Shown here: one piece after another, positions 20,207 through 29,324 of the stretch
How positions within the stretch are numbered: position 1 is the first letter of the stretch
Layout of the letters: every line of letters begins with the position of its first letter
Assembly (NCBI GenBank): GCA_034406555.1
Contig: DASCRM010000077.1
Coordinates: 10,911 to 74,910, forward strand
Source: Dehalococcoidia bacterium
GTDB lineage: Bacteria > Chloroflexota > Dehalococcoidia > UBA2979
DNA length: 64,000 nt
Direction of reading: 5' to 3'
Notes under the pieces: model-generated
What the model saw: the letters and a program-made list of their open reading frames with translations, nothing else
What the model was told of the DNA's origin: nothing
Databases searched by the model: none
Made by a program: the position numbers and the translations under genes

Positions 20207-20276
20207 GATGGACCCACCCACCCACCCGTACTTTCGGGGGCGGAGCCCCCACGAATCCGAGGGCGGGTGGGCGGGC
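20207..20276. repeat. Copy B of the GC-rich repeat family (core 'tttcgggggcggagcccccacgaatccgagggcgggtgggcggg', preceded by an inverted 'cccacccacccaccc' arm)
   Basis: Seen in the sequence. It lies in the intergenic spacer between two same-strand crotonase genes. Confidence 0.5.
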
Positions 20277-20383
20277 TTTATTCAAGAGGGTTCACTGGCC
20301 GTCGCTCTGGCGAGTAGCAGAACTGCAGCCCCTCGGAGGGGAACAACGCGCTAGACTGCGCCACGCGAATGAAAGGCACCGCC

Positions 20384-21313
20384 ATGACCTACGAAAACAT
20401 CACGCTCGAACTGGACGACCGGCTGGCCACCATCACGCTCAACCGGCCCGAAAAGCTGAACGCGCTCTCCAACGACCTGCGAGGCGAACTGTTCGACGCC
20501 CTCAAGGAGGCCGAGGCCAACCGCGACATCGGCGTGATCATCATCGAGGGCGCGGGCCGGGCCTTCAGCTCCGGCTACGACCTCGCCCCCTCGCCCGCCG
20601 ATGAAAACCCCTACGTCCACCCTCGCTCGGGGATGCCGGATGTCGGTACCACGCACCCGAACCACTACGACTGGTCGCGCCACGTGCTGCTGGCGAACTG
20701 GACGATCTGGGAACTCTCGAAGCCGGTGATCGCCAAGATCCACGGCTACTGCCTGGCTGGAGGCACGGAGCTCGCCTCCTTCTGCGACTTCCGCATCGTC
20801 GCCAACGACACCAAGGTCGGTTACCCGCCGGTGCGAGCGATGGGCACGATGGACATCATGTGGGCGCCGTGGCACATGCCGATGACGAAGGCCCGCGAGT
20901 TCGCCTACGTGGGCGACTCCTTCAGCGGGCAGGACATGGCCGACCTCGGCTGGGCGACCTACGCGGTGGAGCCCGACCAGCTCGACAGCTTCACGGAGGA
21001 GTTCGCACGGCGCATGGCGCACATCGACAACGACATGCTGGCGTATTCCAAGCGGTCCGTGAACCGCCAGTACGAGATGATGGGCATCCGCAACGGCCTG
21101 ATGTCCGGCACCGATGTCGAGGCGATGAGCAAGCACCGCCCGGCCGCCAGCGAGTGGGGCAAGCACGTACGCGAGGAAGGCCTGAAAGCCGCGCTCGAAT
21201 GGCGCGATGGCCCCTTCCGTGACTTCCGCGGCGCGTACGACTCAGCACCGAAGCAACGCGCCCTCGCGGGCGACGACAGCGACGGCAAGGCTACGACCCC
21301 GGACGGCTCGTAG
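20384..21313 (+). CDS. Enoyl-CoA hydratase/isomerase family protein (crotonase fold)
   Basis: 'LATITLNRPEKLNAL', 'GAGRAFSSGYDL', 'VIAKIHGYCLAGGTELASFCDFRIVANDTKVGYP'. Confidence 0.8.
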   Translation: MTYENITLELDDRLATITLNRPEKLNALSNDLRGELFDALKEAEANRDIGVIIIEGAGRAFSSGYDLAPSPADENPYVHPRSGMPDVGTTHPNHYDWSRHVLLANWTIWELSKPVIAKIHGYCLAGGTELASFCDFRIVANDTKVGYPPVRAMGTMDIMWAPWHMPMTKAREFAYVGDSFSGQDMADLGWATYAVEPDQLDSFTEEFARRMAHIDNDMLAYSKRSVNRQYEMMGIRNGLMSGTDVEAMSKHRPAASEWGKHVREEGLKAALEWRDGPFRDFRGAYDSAPKQRALAGDDSDGKATTPDGS

Positions 21314-21399
21314 CGCTAGGCGGCGAGGCCGCGCGAAGCAGGGGCATCCTTCGACACGCTCAGGACGAGCGGCTTGATCCCGGCGACAAGCCCGTGTAA

Positions 21400-23313
21400 C
21401 TACGCGGGCTTCATGTAGTCACGCGGCAGCCGTCGAGATGCGTCGACCGGCGCGGGCGGTTCCGCTAGTGGCGGCTCTGGCTGTTCCGCTAGTACAGGCT
21501 CGGGCGGCGCAGTGGGTTTTTCGACTACCGGCTCGGGCGGAGCGGGTGGCTCCTCGGCTACCGGCTCGGGCGACGCGGGTGGCTCCTCCGCTACTGGATC
21601 GGGCTCGGGCTCGACGACCGGCGACAGCGGAGCTGCTGCGACCGCGACCGGCGACAGGGCCGGGGCTGCCTCGATGCCCTCGTCTCGGCTCGCCGCTTCG
21701 CGCTGCTGCATCTGCCGGATCATGTCGGCGGGCGAGACGGTGCGGAGTGGAATCTCCGGGATCAGGGCCGTGATCAGCACACCAATCGCGACGACGATCG
21801 CGCCGAGCAGGAAAACGAAGGCGATCGCATCCGCGAGCGGCGTCTGGATCGCCAGCAGGATCTGATCGAATGGCGGCGCGCCCAGCGTGTTCGTCGCCTC
21901 GTAAACCTCGCGCACGCGGGCGACGCCCTGCTCGTTGAGGAAGGAGTCGGCGTTGGCGGCGATCACCGGCGCATTCGCAGCCACCTCCGCGACCCCTTCG
22001 CGGAAACGGTTGAGCATCAGGCCGGTGAAGATCGCGACGCCCAGCGTGCCGCCGACGGAGCGGAAGAACTGCACGCTTGAAGTGGCGACGCCGATGAACT
22101 GCATCGGCAGTGAGTTCTGCACGGCGACCGAGAAGACGGGGAACGTCGCCCCCATGCCGAGGCCGACGATCACCATGTTGCGCACGATCACAACCTCGGT
22201 CGTCGTGCGGTCGATCAGGGCGAAGAGACCCAGCCCAACCGCCACCAGCGCCATGCCGAGCACGGCCTGGATGCGATAGCGGCCCGTCCTCGTGATCAGC
22301 AGCCCGGCCGCGGCTGAGCTGACGACGATGCCCAGCGACATCGGCGCGGTGAGCGAGCCGGAGTTCGTCGCCGCGACACCTCGGACGCCCTGCAGGAACA
22401 GCGGGACCATCGTGATCGCGCCGAACATGCCGGCGCCGGTCAACGTCGTCGCGACCGCGGCCACGGTGAATGTGCGGTTCTTGAAGAGGTGCGGCGGCAG
22501 CATCGGGTCGGGCGCGCTCAGCTCGGCCAGGATGAAGAGCACGCCCATCACGCCAGCGACGCCGAAGAGCAAGAGCAGCTCGGCAGAGTCCCACGCGTAG
22601 CGGTTGCCGCCCCAGACCAGCGCCAGCAGCAACGGCACCATCATGTTCGCCAGCAGCACCGCGCCGATCATGTCGATCTTTGGCTTCGCCGTGCTCGTCC
22701 GCATGAACGGCACGACCACGAGAATCACGAGGAAGGCGAGCGCGATGATCGGGAGGTTTATGTAGAAGATCCAGCGCCACGAAATCGATTCCGTGAGCGC
22801 GCCACCGACGACCGGGCCGATCACCGAGGCCAGCCCAAAGGTCCCGGAGATCAGGCCCGTGACTTTCCCCCGCTCCAGCGGTGAGTAGAGGTCAGCGACG
22901 ACAGCAAAGGTCGTCGTCATGATCACGCCACCGCCGACGCCCTGGATGCCACGCATCAGCGCCAGTTGCTCCATCGACTGCGCCGCGCCAGCGCCGAGCG
23001 AGCTGACGAAGAAGATCAGCAGGCCGGCGAGGAAGAGCGGCTTGCGCCCGAACTGGTCGCCGAGCTTGCCTGCGATCGGCACCGCGAGCGTGGACGTCAG
23101 CATGTAGGAGGTGAAGACCCATGGCAGCAGGTGCAGCCCACCGAGGTCAGCGACGATGCTCGGGATCGCCGTCGAGACCACCGTCTGGTCCAGCGCGGCG
23201 ACGAAGAGAGCGATCATCGAGCCGATGACGACGACGATCCGCGACTTCGATCCGATCGCCATCTGTGCGGCGGGGGGCGATCTCGTTGCTGCCCCGGACG
23301 CTGACTCCGCCAC
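21400..23313 (-). CDS. MFS transporter (DHA2-like, ~14 TMS) with a Pro/Glu-rich C-terminal tail encoded by a ~33-bp tandem repeat
   Basis: Typical MFS motifs are present ('GKLGDQFGRKPLFLAGLLIFFVSS'). The C-terminus reads 'EPPASPEPVAEEPPAPPEPVVEKPTAPPEPV'. Confidence 0.8.
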   Translation of the reverse strand: MAESASGAATRSPPAAQMAIGSKSRIVVVIGSMIALFVAALDQTVVSTAIPSIVADLGGLHLLPWVFTSYMLTSTLAVPIAGKLGDQFGRKPLFLAGLLIFFVSSLGAGAAQSMEQLALMRGIQGVGGGVIMTTTFAVVADLYSPLERGKVTGLISGTFGLASVIGPVVGGALTESISWRWIFYINLPIIALAFLVILVVVPFMRTSTAKPKIDMIGAVLLANMMVPLLLALVWGGNRYAWDSAELLLLFGVAGVMGVLFILAELSAPDPMLPPHLFKNRTFTVAAVATTLTGAGMFGAITMVPLFLQGVRGVAATNSGSLTAPMSLGIVVSSAAAGLLITRTGRYRIQAVLGMALVAVGLGLFALIDRTTTEVVIVRNMVIVGLGMGATFPVFSVAVQNSLPMQFIGVATSSVQFFRSVGGTLGVAIFTGLMLNRFREGVAEVAANAPVIAANADSFLNEQGVARVREVYEATNTLGAPPFDQILLAIQTPLADAIAFVFLLGAIVVAIGVLITALIPEIPLRTVSPADMIRQMQQREAASRDEGIEAAPALSPVAVAAAPLSPVVEPEPDPVAEEPPASPEPVAEEPPAPPEPVVEKPTAPPEPVLAEQPEPPLAEPPAPVDASRRLPRDYMKPA

Positions 23314-24372
23314 TACGCGTCGGCCGGGGCGCAGGCACGCATCACGGCGCGCACGGAGTCGAGGCCAGGGCGTGCGGCGACGACGCGCACGAGCGCGACA
23401 TCGAGGCCCTTTGCCAGCTTCAGAAAGTGCTCTCGCGCGCCATCAAGCGTGCCGTAATAGCCGACGCCGAGCAGCATGTCGTCGGAGGCCGCGTTCGCGA
23501 CCTCATCCGGCGAGGCGCCACCCTCGCGTAGCTTGTCGAGCTGCGCCAACTCATCGGCGAAACCCATGCTCTCGAAGTGCGGACGGTAGGCGATCGGCGG
23601 GCTGCCGGGCGTCGGTGGCGGGCCCATCGCGTAGCCGGTCGTGGCTCGCGCCAGCCCGCGACGCGCGACCTCGATGTCGTCATCGACGCAGATGCGGATG
23701 TACTCCGTCAGCGGCACGGAACCGGGCTCGCGGCCGCCTCGCTTCGAGCCCTCGTCGACGAGCGTGCGGGCCGCCGCGATCTGCGCGGGCGTACACCAGT
23801 TGAGGCAAATGCCGTCCGAGAGTTCCCCGCCCAGTTCGAGCATGCGAGGGCCGAGCGCGCCCAGGTAGACCGGCGTGCGTGGGGGCGGGTCGATGCCCAG
23901 CTTCTGGGCGCGCACCGTCAGCGCTTCGCCCTCGTAGTCCATCGCCTCGCCCGCCAGCAGGCCGCGGATCGTGGTCAGGTAGTCGCGCATCACGGCCAGC
24001 GAGGACTTCGTGCGGATGCCCATCGCCTTGCGGAACGCGGGGTTGTAGATGCCGCCGGTGCCGATGCCCAGGATGAAGCGCCCGCCCGTCTGCGCGCCCA
24101 GCGTGCCGGCGCTCATCGCGAAGCCCATCGGCGTGCGGTAGGCGACTGGCGAGACGGAGATGCCGGTCGTCAGCCCCTCCGGGACCACCTCGCGGCTCGC
24201 CTGCCAGCGGGTGGCGCAGAGCTGGAAGGAGTCGAGGCCGGAGCCCTCCGGCGTCCAGAGGTGCGTGTAGCCAAGCTCCGCCGCCTCCCGCGCCAGCGTC
24301 GCCTGATCGTCGAACATCATGCCAAGCGTGAAGTCGAGGCCAAGGCCGACTTCCTGAGGTGGGGCTGCCATG
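23313..24372 (-). CDS. LLM-class flavin/F420-dependent oxidoreductase (luciferase-like monooxygenase family)
   Basis: TIM-barrel LLM sequence ('GLGLDFTLGMMFDDQATLAREAAELGYTHLWTPE..'). The probable start is MAAPPQEV. Confidence 0.75.
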
Positions 24373-24485
24373 GGAAGGATCCTGTCGAGCAGCGCGGGGC
24401 GCGTGCTGCGTGCCGACCGATGCTGAGGGGTCAGGGGGTCTGCGATCAATCCGTCCGGTGATCGCAGGAGCCGACGAGGGCGCGA

Positions 24486-25012
24486 TCAGCCGCCCAGCGG
24501 GATCGCCGTGCGCACCCGCCGGGTGCCGTCTTCGTCGCTCTCCAGCACCGCCACCTCCCGCACCGCGGTGCTGATCGGCAGCTGAGGATGGACGCCGGCG
24601 GCGACTTCCTCTGCGACCGCCTCGAAACCGCCTTCTCGCGAGGCGTCGACGATCGTGAGGTGTGGGATCACGTTGTCCTCGTGGATCCCGCCGTAGGGCG
24701 GGTAGTCCGGGAAGACCTCGTAGAGCCGATGCATCAGTGCCAGCAGCGGGCCGTCGTCATCGGGCTGCAGGTAGAGCACCGCCGTGAAGCGCCCCGCGTC
24801 GAGAAGGTGACATCGAACGACGGCTGGCTGAGCAGCACGTCGCGCAGCTCGGGCTCGTCGTCCTCGGTCAGCGGCGCATCGAACCAGGGGAAGGGCAGCG
24901 TGACGTGGGCCGGCACGCCGAACGCGGCCGAGCTATCGTAGCGGTCGCGCCAGCGCCCGACGACCGGCTCCGCCTCCGGTACGAGCAGGACAATCGCCGA
25001 CTCACCACTCAC
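24486..25012 (-). pseudogene. 2H phosphoesterase (LigT-like 2'-5' RNA ligase superfamily) disrupted by a frameshift near 24795-24810
   Basis: Both H-x-T-x motifs are present but lie in two overlapping ORFs (24734-25012 with 'PAHVTLPFPW'; 24486-24779 with 'IPHLTIVDAS'). Homology continues across a frame change inside a 'cgcggggcgc' run. Confidence 0.7.
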
Positions 25013-25057
25013 CGCGACGCCTCCCTGCGAGTGCGCCGCAATCCTAGGCCCGCGCCC

Positions 25058-25270
25058 TCAGCTTGTCGCCTCGGCGAGCCGCCGTTCGAGGTAGCGGCGC
25101 TCGACCGCGTTCGTACAGAGGTCGATCGCGCGGCGGTAGGCGTCTGCCGCTTCGTCGTGTCGCACGGCGCGTCGCAGCAGATCGGCACGCGCGGCGGGGA
25201 GCAGGTAGTAGGAGGTCAGCACCTCGCTCTCCTCGATCGCGTCGAGCAGGCGCAATCCGGCCGCTGTCCT
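25058..25270 (-). pseudogene. C-terminal fragment (~70 aa) of a sigma-70/ECF-related regulator (DUF6596-type C-terminus 'AARADLLRRAVRHDEAADAYRRAIDLCTNAVERRYLERRLAE')
   Basis: Only the conserved C-terminal motif is present. The N-terminal remainder of the ORF is the antisense of the adjacent kinase fragment. Confidence 0.5.
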
Positions 25271-25510
25271 GCGCGTACTCGTCACCGCGTCACCCGAGAC
25301 GCGAGCACAGCGCCTTGCCGAGGCGGACGGGATCAGCGAGGGCGACGCACGCAAGCAAATCGATGACTCCGACAGCGCACGCAACGACTACTTCCGTCGC
25401 TTCTACGATGTCAGCCAGGAGCTTCCGACCCACTACGACCTCGTCGTCACGACCGACAGCCTGAGCATCCAAGGCGCGGCCGACGTCGTGGTCGCTGCCG
25501 CGCAGGCATG
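25270..25510 (+). pseudogene. C-terminal fragment of a cytidylate-kinase-like (Cytidylate_kin2) family gene
   Basis: Translation '...AAVLRVLVTASPETRAQRLAEADGISEGDARKQIDDSDSARNDYFRRFYDVSQELPTHYDLVVTTDSLSIQGAADVVVAAAQA*' matches the family C-terminus. No N-terminal half is present. Confidence 0.55.
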
Positions 25511-25551
25511 ACCCGCGCGGCCCGCACGCACACAGTCAGGCACACCCGCGG

Positions 25552-26472
25552 ATGAGCGTCCGCATCGGCTTCGGCTTCGCCAACTTCCCGTTCTCCGGCC
25601 CTCGCAACTTCTGGCGCTGGGTCGAGATGCTGGAGGAAGGCGGCGTCGATTCGCTCTGGCAGACGGACCGCCTGATCTCGTCGCAGCCGATCCTCGAGCC
25701 GATGGCCACGATGGCCGCGCTCGCGGGTGGCACCGACCGCCTAAAGTTCGGCATGAACGTGGTCGTGATCCCGTTCCGTGACCCGCTGGTGATCGCCAAG
25801 CAGTGCGCGACGATCGATGTGCTCAGCAACGGCCGCCTGCTGCCTGCCTTTGGCGTCGGCCGTGAGGTCGCGCCGGAGTGGCGGGCCAGCGGCAAGGATC
25901 CGGCCCGTCGTGGCGCGAAGGCGGTCGAGGCGCGGGAGATCCTGACGCGGCTCTGGAACGAGGGGCACGTAACGTTCGAGGGCGAGCACTACCAGTTCGA
26001 GGATGCGACGATCTCGCCGCGCCCGATCCAGCAGCCGTTGCCGATCTGGATCGGCGGCAGCAGCAAGGCTGCGATCCGTCGCACCGCCCGACTGGGCAGC
26101 GGCTGGCTCAGCGGCGTGCAGAGCCCGACACAGGTCGCCCCCGTGGTGGCCGCGATCCGCGAGGCCTCCGCCGAGGCTGGGCGGCCGATCGACGACGACC
26201 ACTACGGCGCCGGCTTCGCCTACCGCTTCGGCGACTGGGACGACCCGATAGTGCAGCGCACGGCCGCCGGCCTCTCCGGTGTCGCCGACGCAGGCGACCC
26301 TCGCGACTACATCGCCGTCGGCGACGCCGCAGCGATCCTCAAGCGCATCGAGGAGTACAAGGCCGCCGGCATCTCGAAGTTCGTGCTGCACCCGCTCACC
26401 GGGAGCGAGGATGAGGTGATGGACCAGACGCAGCGTCTGATTGAGACGGTGCTCCCGGCCGTCCACGGCTAA
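25552..26472 (+). CDS. LLM-class F420-dependent oxidoreductase
   Basis: 'MSVRIGFGF...', 'LWQTDRL', 'FGVGREVAPEW' — typical F420-dependent glucose-6-P dehydrogenase-like LLM family. Confidence 0.8.
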   Translation: MSVRIGFGFANFPFSGPRNFWRWVEMLEEGGVDSLWQTDRLISSQPILEPMATMAALAGGTDRLKFGMNVVVIPFRDPLVIAKQCATIDVLSNGRLLPAFGVGREVAPEWRASGKDPARRGAKAVEAREILTRLWNEGHVTFEGEHYQFEDATISPRPIQQPLPIWIGGSSKAAIRRTARLGSGWLSGVQSPTQVAPVVAAIREASAEAGRPIDDDHYGAGFAYRFGDWDDPIVQRTAAGLSGVADAGDPRDYIAVGDAAAILKRIEEYKAAGISKFVLHPLTGSEDEVMDQTQRLIETVLPAVHG

Positions 26473-26476
26473 GGAG

Positions 26477-27805
26477 CTACGCGCCCTCGTCCGGGGGCTG
26501 CCAGCGCACGATCACACCATCCGCCTGCAGCGCGTCCAGTTCCGCCTGCGAGAGGCCGAGCTGCCCGAGCACCGTGGCGGTGTCGGCGCCGAGCGTCGGC
26601 GCGGCGTGCGGCGAGGCGCTGCTCGACTCGCTCATCTCCACCGGGGAGCGTGCGGTGCGGATCGTGCCCAGCGTCGGGTGCTCGTACTCCGGGATCAGGT
26701 CGTTCGCGACCACGTGCGGGTCGTCGTACAACTCCTCCGTGAGGTTGAACGGAGCGGCCGGCACGCCCGCCGAGTCGAGCAGCTCCAGCCACTCGGCCGA
26801 GGTGCGCTCGCGGAAACCCGTCTCCATCGCGTCCTTCACGGCCGTCACGTGCTCGACGGTCGCCGCGCTGGGGTCGTAGACGGGGCCCTCGATCGAAGGG
26901 TCATCGACGCCGACAGCGTCGCGCAGCGCACGTCGCAGGCGGTTGTTCAGGCAGGCGACGGCCAGCAGCCCGTCTTGCGTCGGGTAGACGCGGTAGTAGT
27001 TCTGCAGCATCGGTCGGCCGACGGCGCGCTGGCGCAGTGCAGCGATCTCCTCGTACGTCGCACCGTCCGCCCTCGCGTTCTCGACCAGCGCGAGGAAGGC
27101 GGCACGCTCCGTGACATCGTGTTGCTCCACCTGTGAGAGCGGGCGGTACTGCACGGAGAGCGCGGAGGCGAAGAGGCTGGTCGCGATCGACTGGCCGCGG
27201 CCCGTCTCCTGGCGCCGGTAGAGCGCACTGACGACCGCGAAGGCCGTGTACATGCCGCTCACAAGATCGGAGGGGGCGAAGGTGCGGACGCCGGTGGGCG
27301 CGCCATCGGTGATGCGCCCTTCGTACGCCATCACCCCAGCAGAGGCCTGCGAGAGCAGGTCGAAGCCACCGCGATGGCTGTACGGCCCGCTGTGGCCAAA
27401 GGCCGTGATGTCGGCGTAGACGATCTGCGGGTTCACGCCTCGCAGCGTCTCGTAGTCGAGCCCCAGCTGCTCCGCGACGCCCGGCCGGTAGTTGAGGACG
27501 ACCGCATCAGCGGTCGCGACGAGGCGATGCGCGAGATCGCGGCCACGTTCGTCCCAGACGTTGAGCACGACGCTGCGCTTGCCGCGATTGAGGCCCAGGA
27601 AGGGTCGGCTCTCGTCCGGTGCGACCGGGCCCTGGTGCCGCCAGTGGTCGCCAGTTGGCGGCTCCACCTTGAGCACTTCTGCACCCATGTCCGCGAGCAT
27701 CATGGTGCCGTACGGCCCGGCGATGTATTCCGTGAAGTCGACGATGCGCACGCCGTCCAGCGCCCCGGGTGGGAAGTCCCCGCTGCTACCAGCCTCGCTG
27801 CTCAT
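26477..27805 (-). CDS. Family III CoA-transferase (CaiB/BaiF)
   Basis: 'LDGVRIVDFTEYIAGPYGTMMLADMGAEVLKVE' ... 'TLGADTATVL'. Confidence 0.8.
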   Translation of the reverse strand: MSSEAGSSGDFPPGALDGVRIVDFTEYIAGPYGTMMLADMGAEVLKVEPPTGDHWRHQGPVAPDESRPFLGLNRGKRSVVLNVWDERGRDLAHRLVATADAVVLNYRPGVAEQLGLDYETLRGVNPQIVYADITAFGHSGPYSHRGGFDLLSQASAGVMAYEGRITDGAPTGVRTFAPSDLVSGMYTAFAVVSALYRRQETGRGQSIATSLFASALSVQYRPLSQVEQHDVTERAAFLALVENARADGATYEEIAALRQRAVGRPMLQNYYRVYPTQDGLLAVACLNNRLRRALRDAVGVDDPSIEGPVYDPSAATVEHVTAVKDAMETGFRERTSAEWLELLDSAGVPAAPFNLTEELYDDPHVVANDLIPEYEHPTLGTIRTARSPVEMSESSSASPHAAPTLGADTATVLGQLGLSQAELDALQADGVIVRWQPPDEGA

Positions 27806-27876
27806 CGGCTCGCCCCTTTGCGCACTTCAGGCTGCGATTCAACACCCGCTGCGCCGCGCGCGCTATTATCAGCGCG

Positions 27877-28290
27877 ATGTCGGAGCAGCAGACCACCGCC
27901 GCAGAAGAACCTGTCGAGGCCGCACGCCAGGGCCTGTGGCCCTCGGTTGCGCTGACGGCAGGGATCACGGCCGTCACGTGGGCCGCGATCGCCTTCATCT
28001 TCATCCTCGGCTACATCGGCTTCGCCGTCTTCGGCGACATTGGCTCCGGCGCACGCGGGCTCGCGATCTGGGCCGTGCTCTGGATCGCGATGTGGGCCGT
28101 GTTCACGCTCGCGCTCGGCGGCGGGTTGGTGGCCGCGTTCCGCGCGTGGAAGGCACTCTACCCGCTGTTCCAGCCGCGATCGAGGCCAGTGCGCCCCAGC
28201 ACCGCGATGGCGGCGGCCGACCCCCTGGACGACGTGAAGCGCATGGCGGTCGAGGAGGCCGAGACGCTGCTGCGACGGGGCAACGAGTAG
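27877..28290 (+). CDS. Hypothetical membrane protein (3-4 TM helices, no recognisable domain)
   Basis: ATG at 27877; hydrophobic segments 'LTAGITAVTWAAIAFIFILGYIGFAVF', 'LAIWAVLWIAMWAVFTLALGGGLVAAF'. Confidence 0.5.
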   Translation: MSEQQTTAAEEPVEAARQGLWPSVALTAGITAVTWAAIAFIFILGYIGFAVFGDIGSGARGLAIWAVLWIAMWAVFTLALGGGLVAAFRAWKALYPLFQPRSRPVRPSTAMAAADPLDDVKRMAVEEAETLLRRGNE

Positions 28291-28350
28291 GGCGCGAGCG
28301 CACCTGCTCACGACCACGCACCACGACAGCACGCCGGATAGGGAGCATCG

Positions 28351-29268
28351 ATGCACGTCGCCGTGACGGGCTCCAGCGGGCTGATCGGCTCCGCGTTGGT
28401 CGCCCACCTCAAGGCGAGCGGGCACGATCCGCTGCCGATGATCCGGGGACCTCGCGACCAGGCCGCATCACTCTGGAACCCGGCCGAGCAGTGGGTACGC
28501 GAGGGCGCGCTCGATGGCGTCGATGCCGTCGTCCACCTCGCGGGCGCGGGCATCGCGGGCCGGCGCTGGTCGGACGATCGCAAGCGCGAGCTGACCGAGA
28601 GTCGCATCGCCGGTACGCGCCTGTTCGTCGAACACCTCCGCGCGCTGCCGTCCCCGCCTCGCGTGCTGATCAGCGCGTCAGCGGTCGGCTACTACGGGAG
28701 CCGCGGCGACGAGACGCTGACGGAAGATTCTGACGGCGGCGAGGGATTTCTCGCCGACCTCTGCGCGGCGTGGGAGGGGGAGTCGAGACGTGCGCAGGCG
28801 TTCGGTGTGCGTGCGGTGCAGATTCGCACGGCGGGCAGCGTGCTCGACCGCAACGGTGGGACGCTGGCGAAGATGATGCTGCCGTTCAAGCTCGGCCTCG
28901 GCGGCCGGCTTGCCAGCGGGCGTCAGTGGTTCACGTGGATCACGCTCGAGGACGAGGTGCGCGCGATCGAGCATCTGCTGCACTCCGAGTCGATCTCCGG
29001 CCCGGTCAACCTGACGGCGCCGGAGCCGGTGACCAACGCCGACTTCACACGCGCGTTCGCCCGTCAGCTTGGCCGTCCGGCGTTTCTGCCCGTCCCGGCC
29101 TTCGCGCTGCGTCTGCTGTTCGGCCAGCTCGCGGATGAGGCGATCCTGGCCAGCGGGCGGGTCGTGCCGGAGCGGCTGGTCGCATCGGGCTTCGAATACG
29201 CACACCGCGACCTCGATGCGGGCCTCGCGGCGGCGCTCGGCGACGGCCAGGCGATTCGCGGCGCCTGA
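28351..29268 (+). CDS. TIGR01777 (YfcH/DUF1731) family NAD-dependent epimerase/dehydratase
   Basis: 'MHVAVTGSSGLIGSALVAHL', 'VVHLAGAGIAGRRWSDDRKRELTESRI'. The C-terminal DUF1731 region is present. Confidence 0.8.
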   Translation: MHVAVTGSSGLIGSALVAHLKASGHDPLPMIRGPRDQAASLWNPAEQWVREGALDGVDAVVHLAGAGIAGRRWSDDRKRELTESRIAGTRLFVEHLRALPSPPRVLISASAVGYYGSRGDETLTEDSDGGEGFLADLCAAWEGESRRAQAFGVRAVQIRTAGSVLDRNGGTLAKMMLPFKLGLGGRLASGRQWFTWITLEDEVRAIEHLLHSESISGPVNLTAPEPVTNADFTRAFARQLGRPAFLPVPAFALRLLFGQLADEAILASGRVVPERLVASGFEYAHRDLDAGLAAALGDGQAIRGA

Positions 29269-29324
29269 GCGCTCGTCCGCGATTCGTCAGGCTTCGAGAG
29301 CGGTGCGGCCGCCAGTTTCTGTCG

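Noticed and set aside
27492-28733. 413-aa plus-strand ORF
   Set aside because: It overlaps the real CoA-transferase (minus), membrane protein and epimerase genes in wrong frames. It is a GC-rich artefact.
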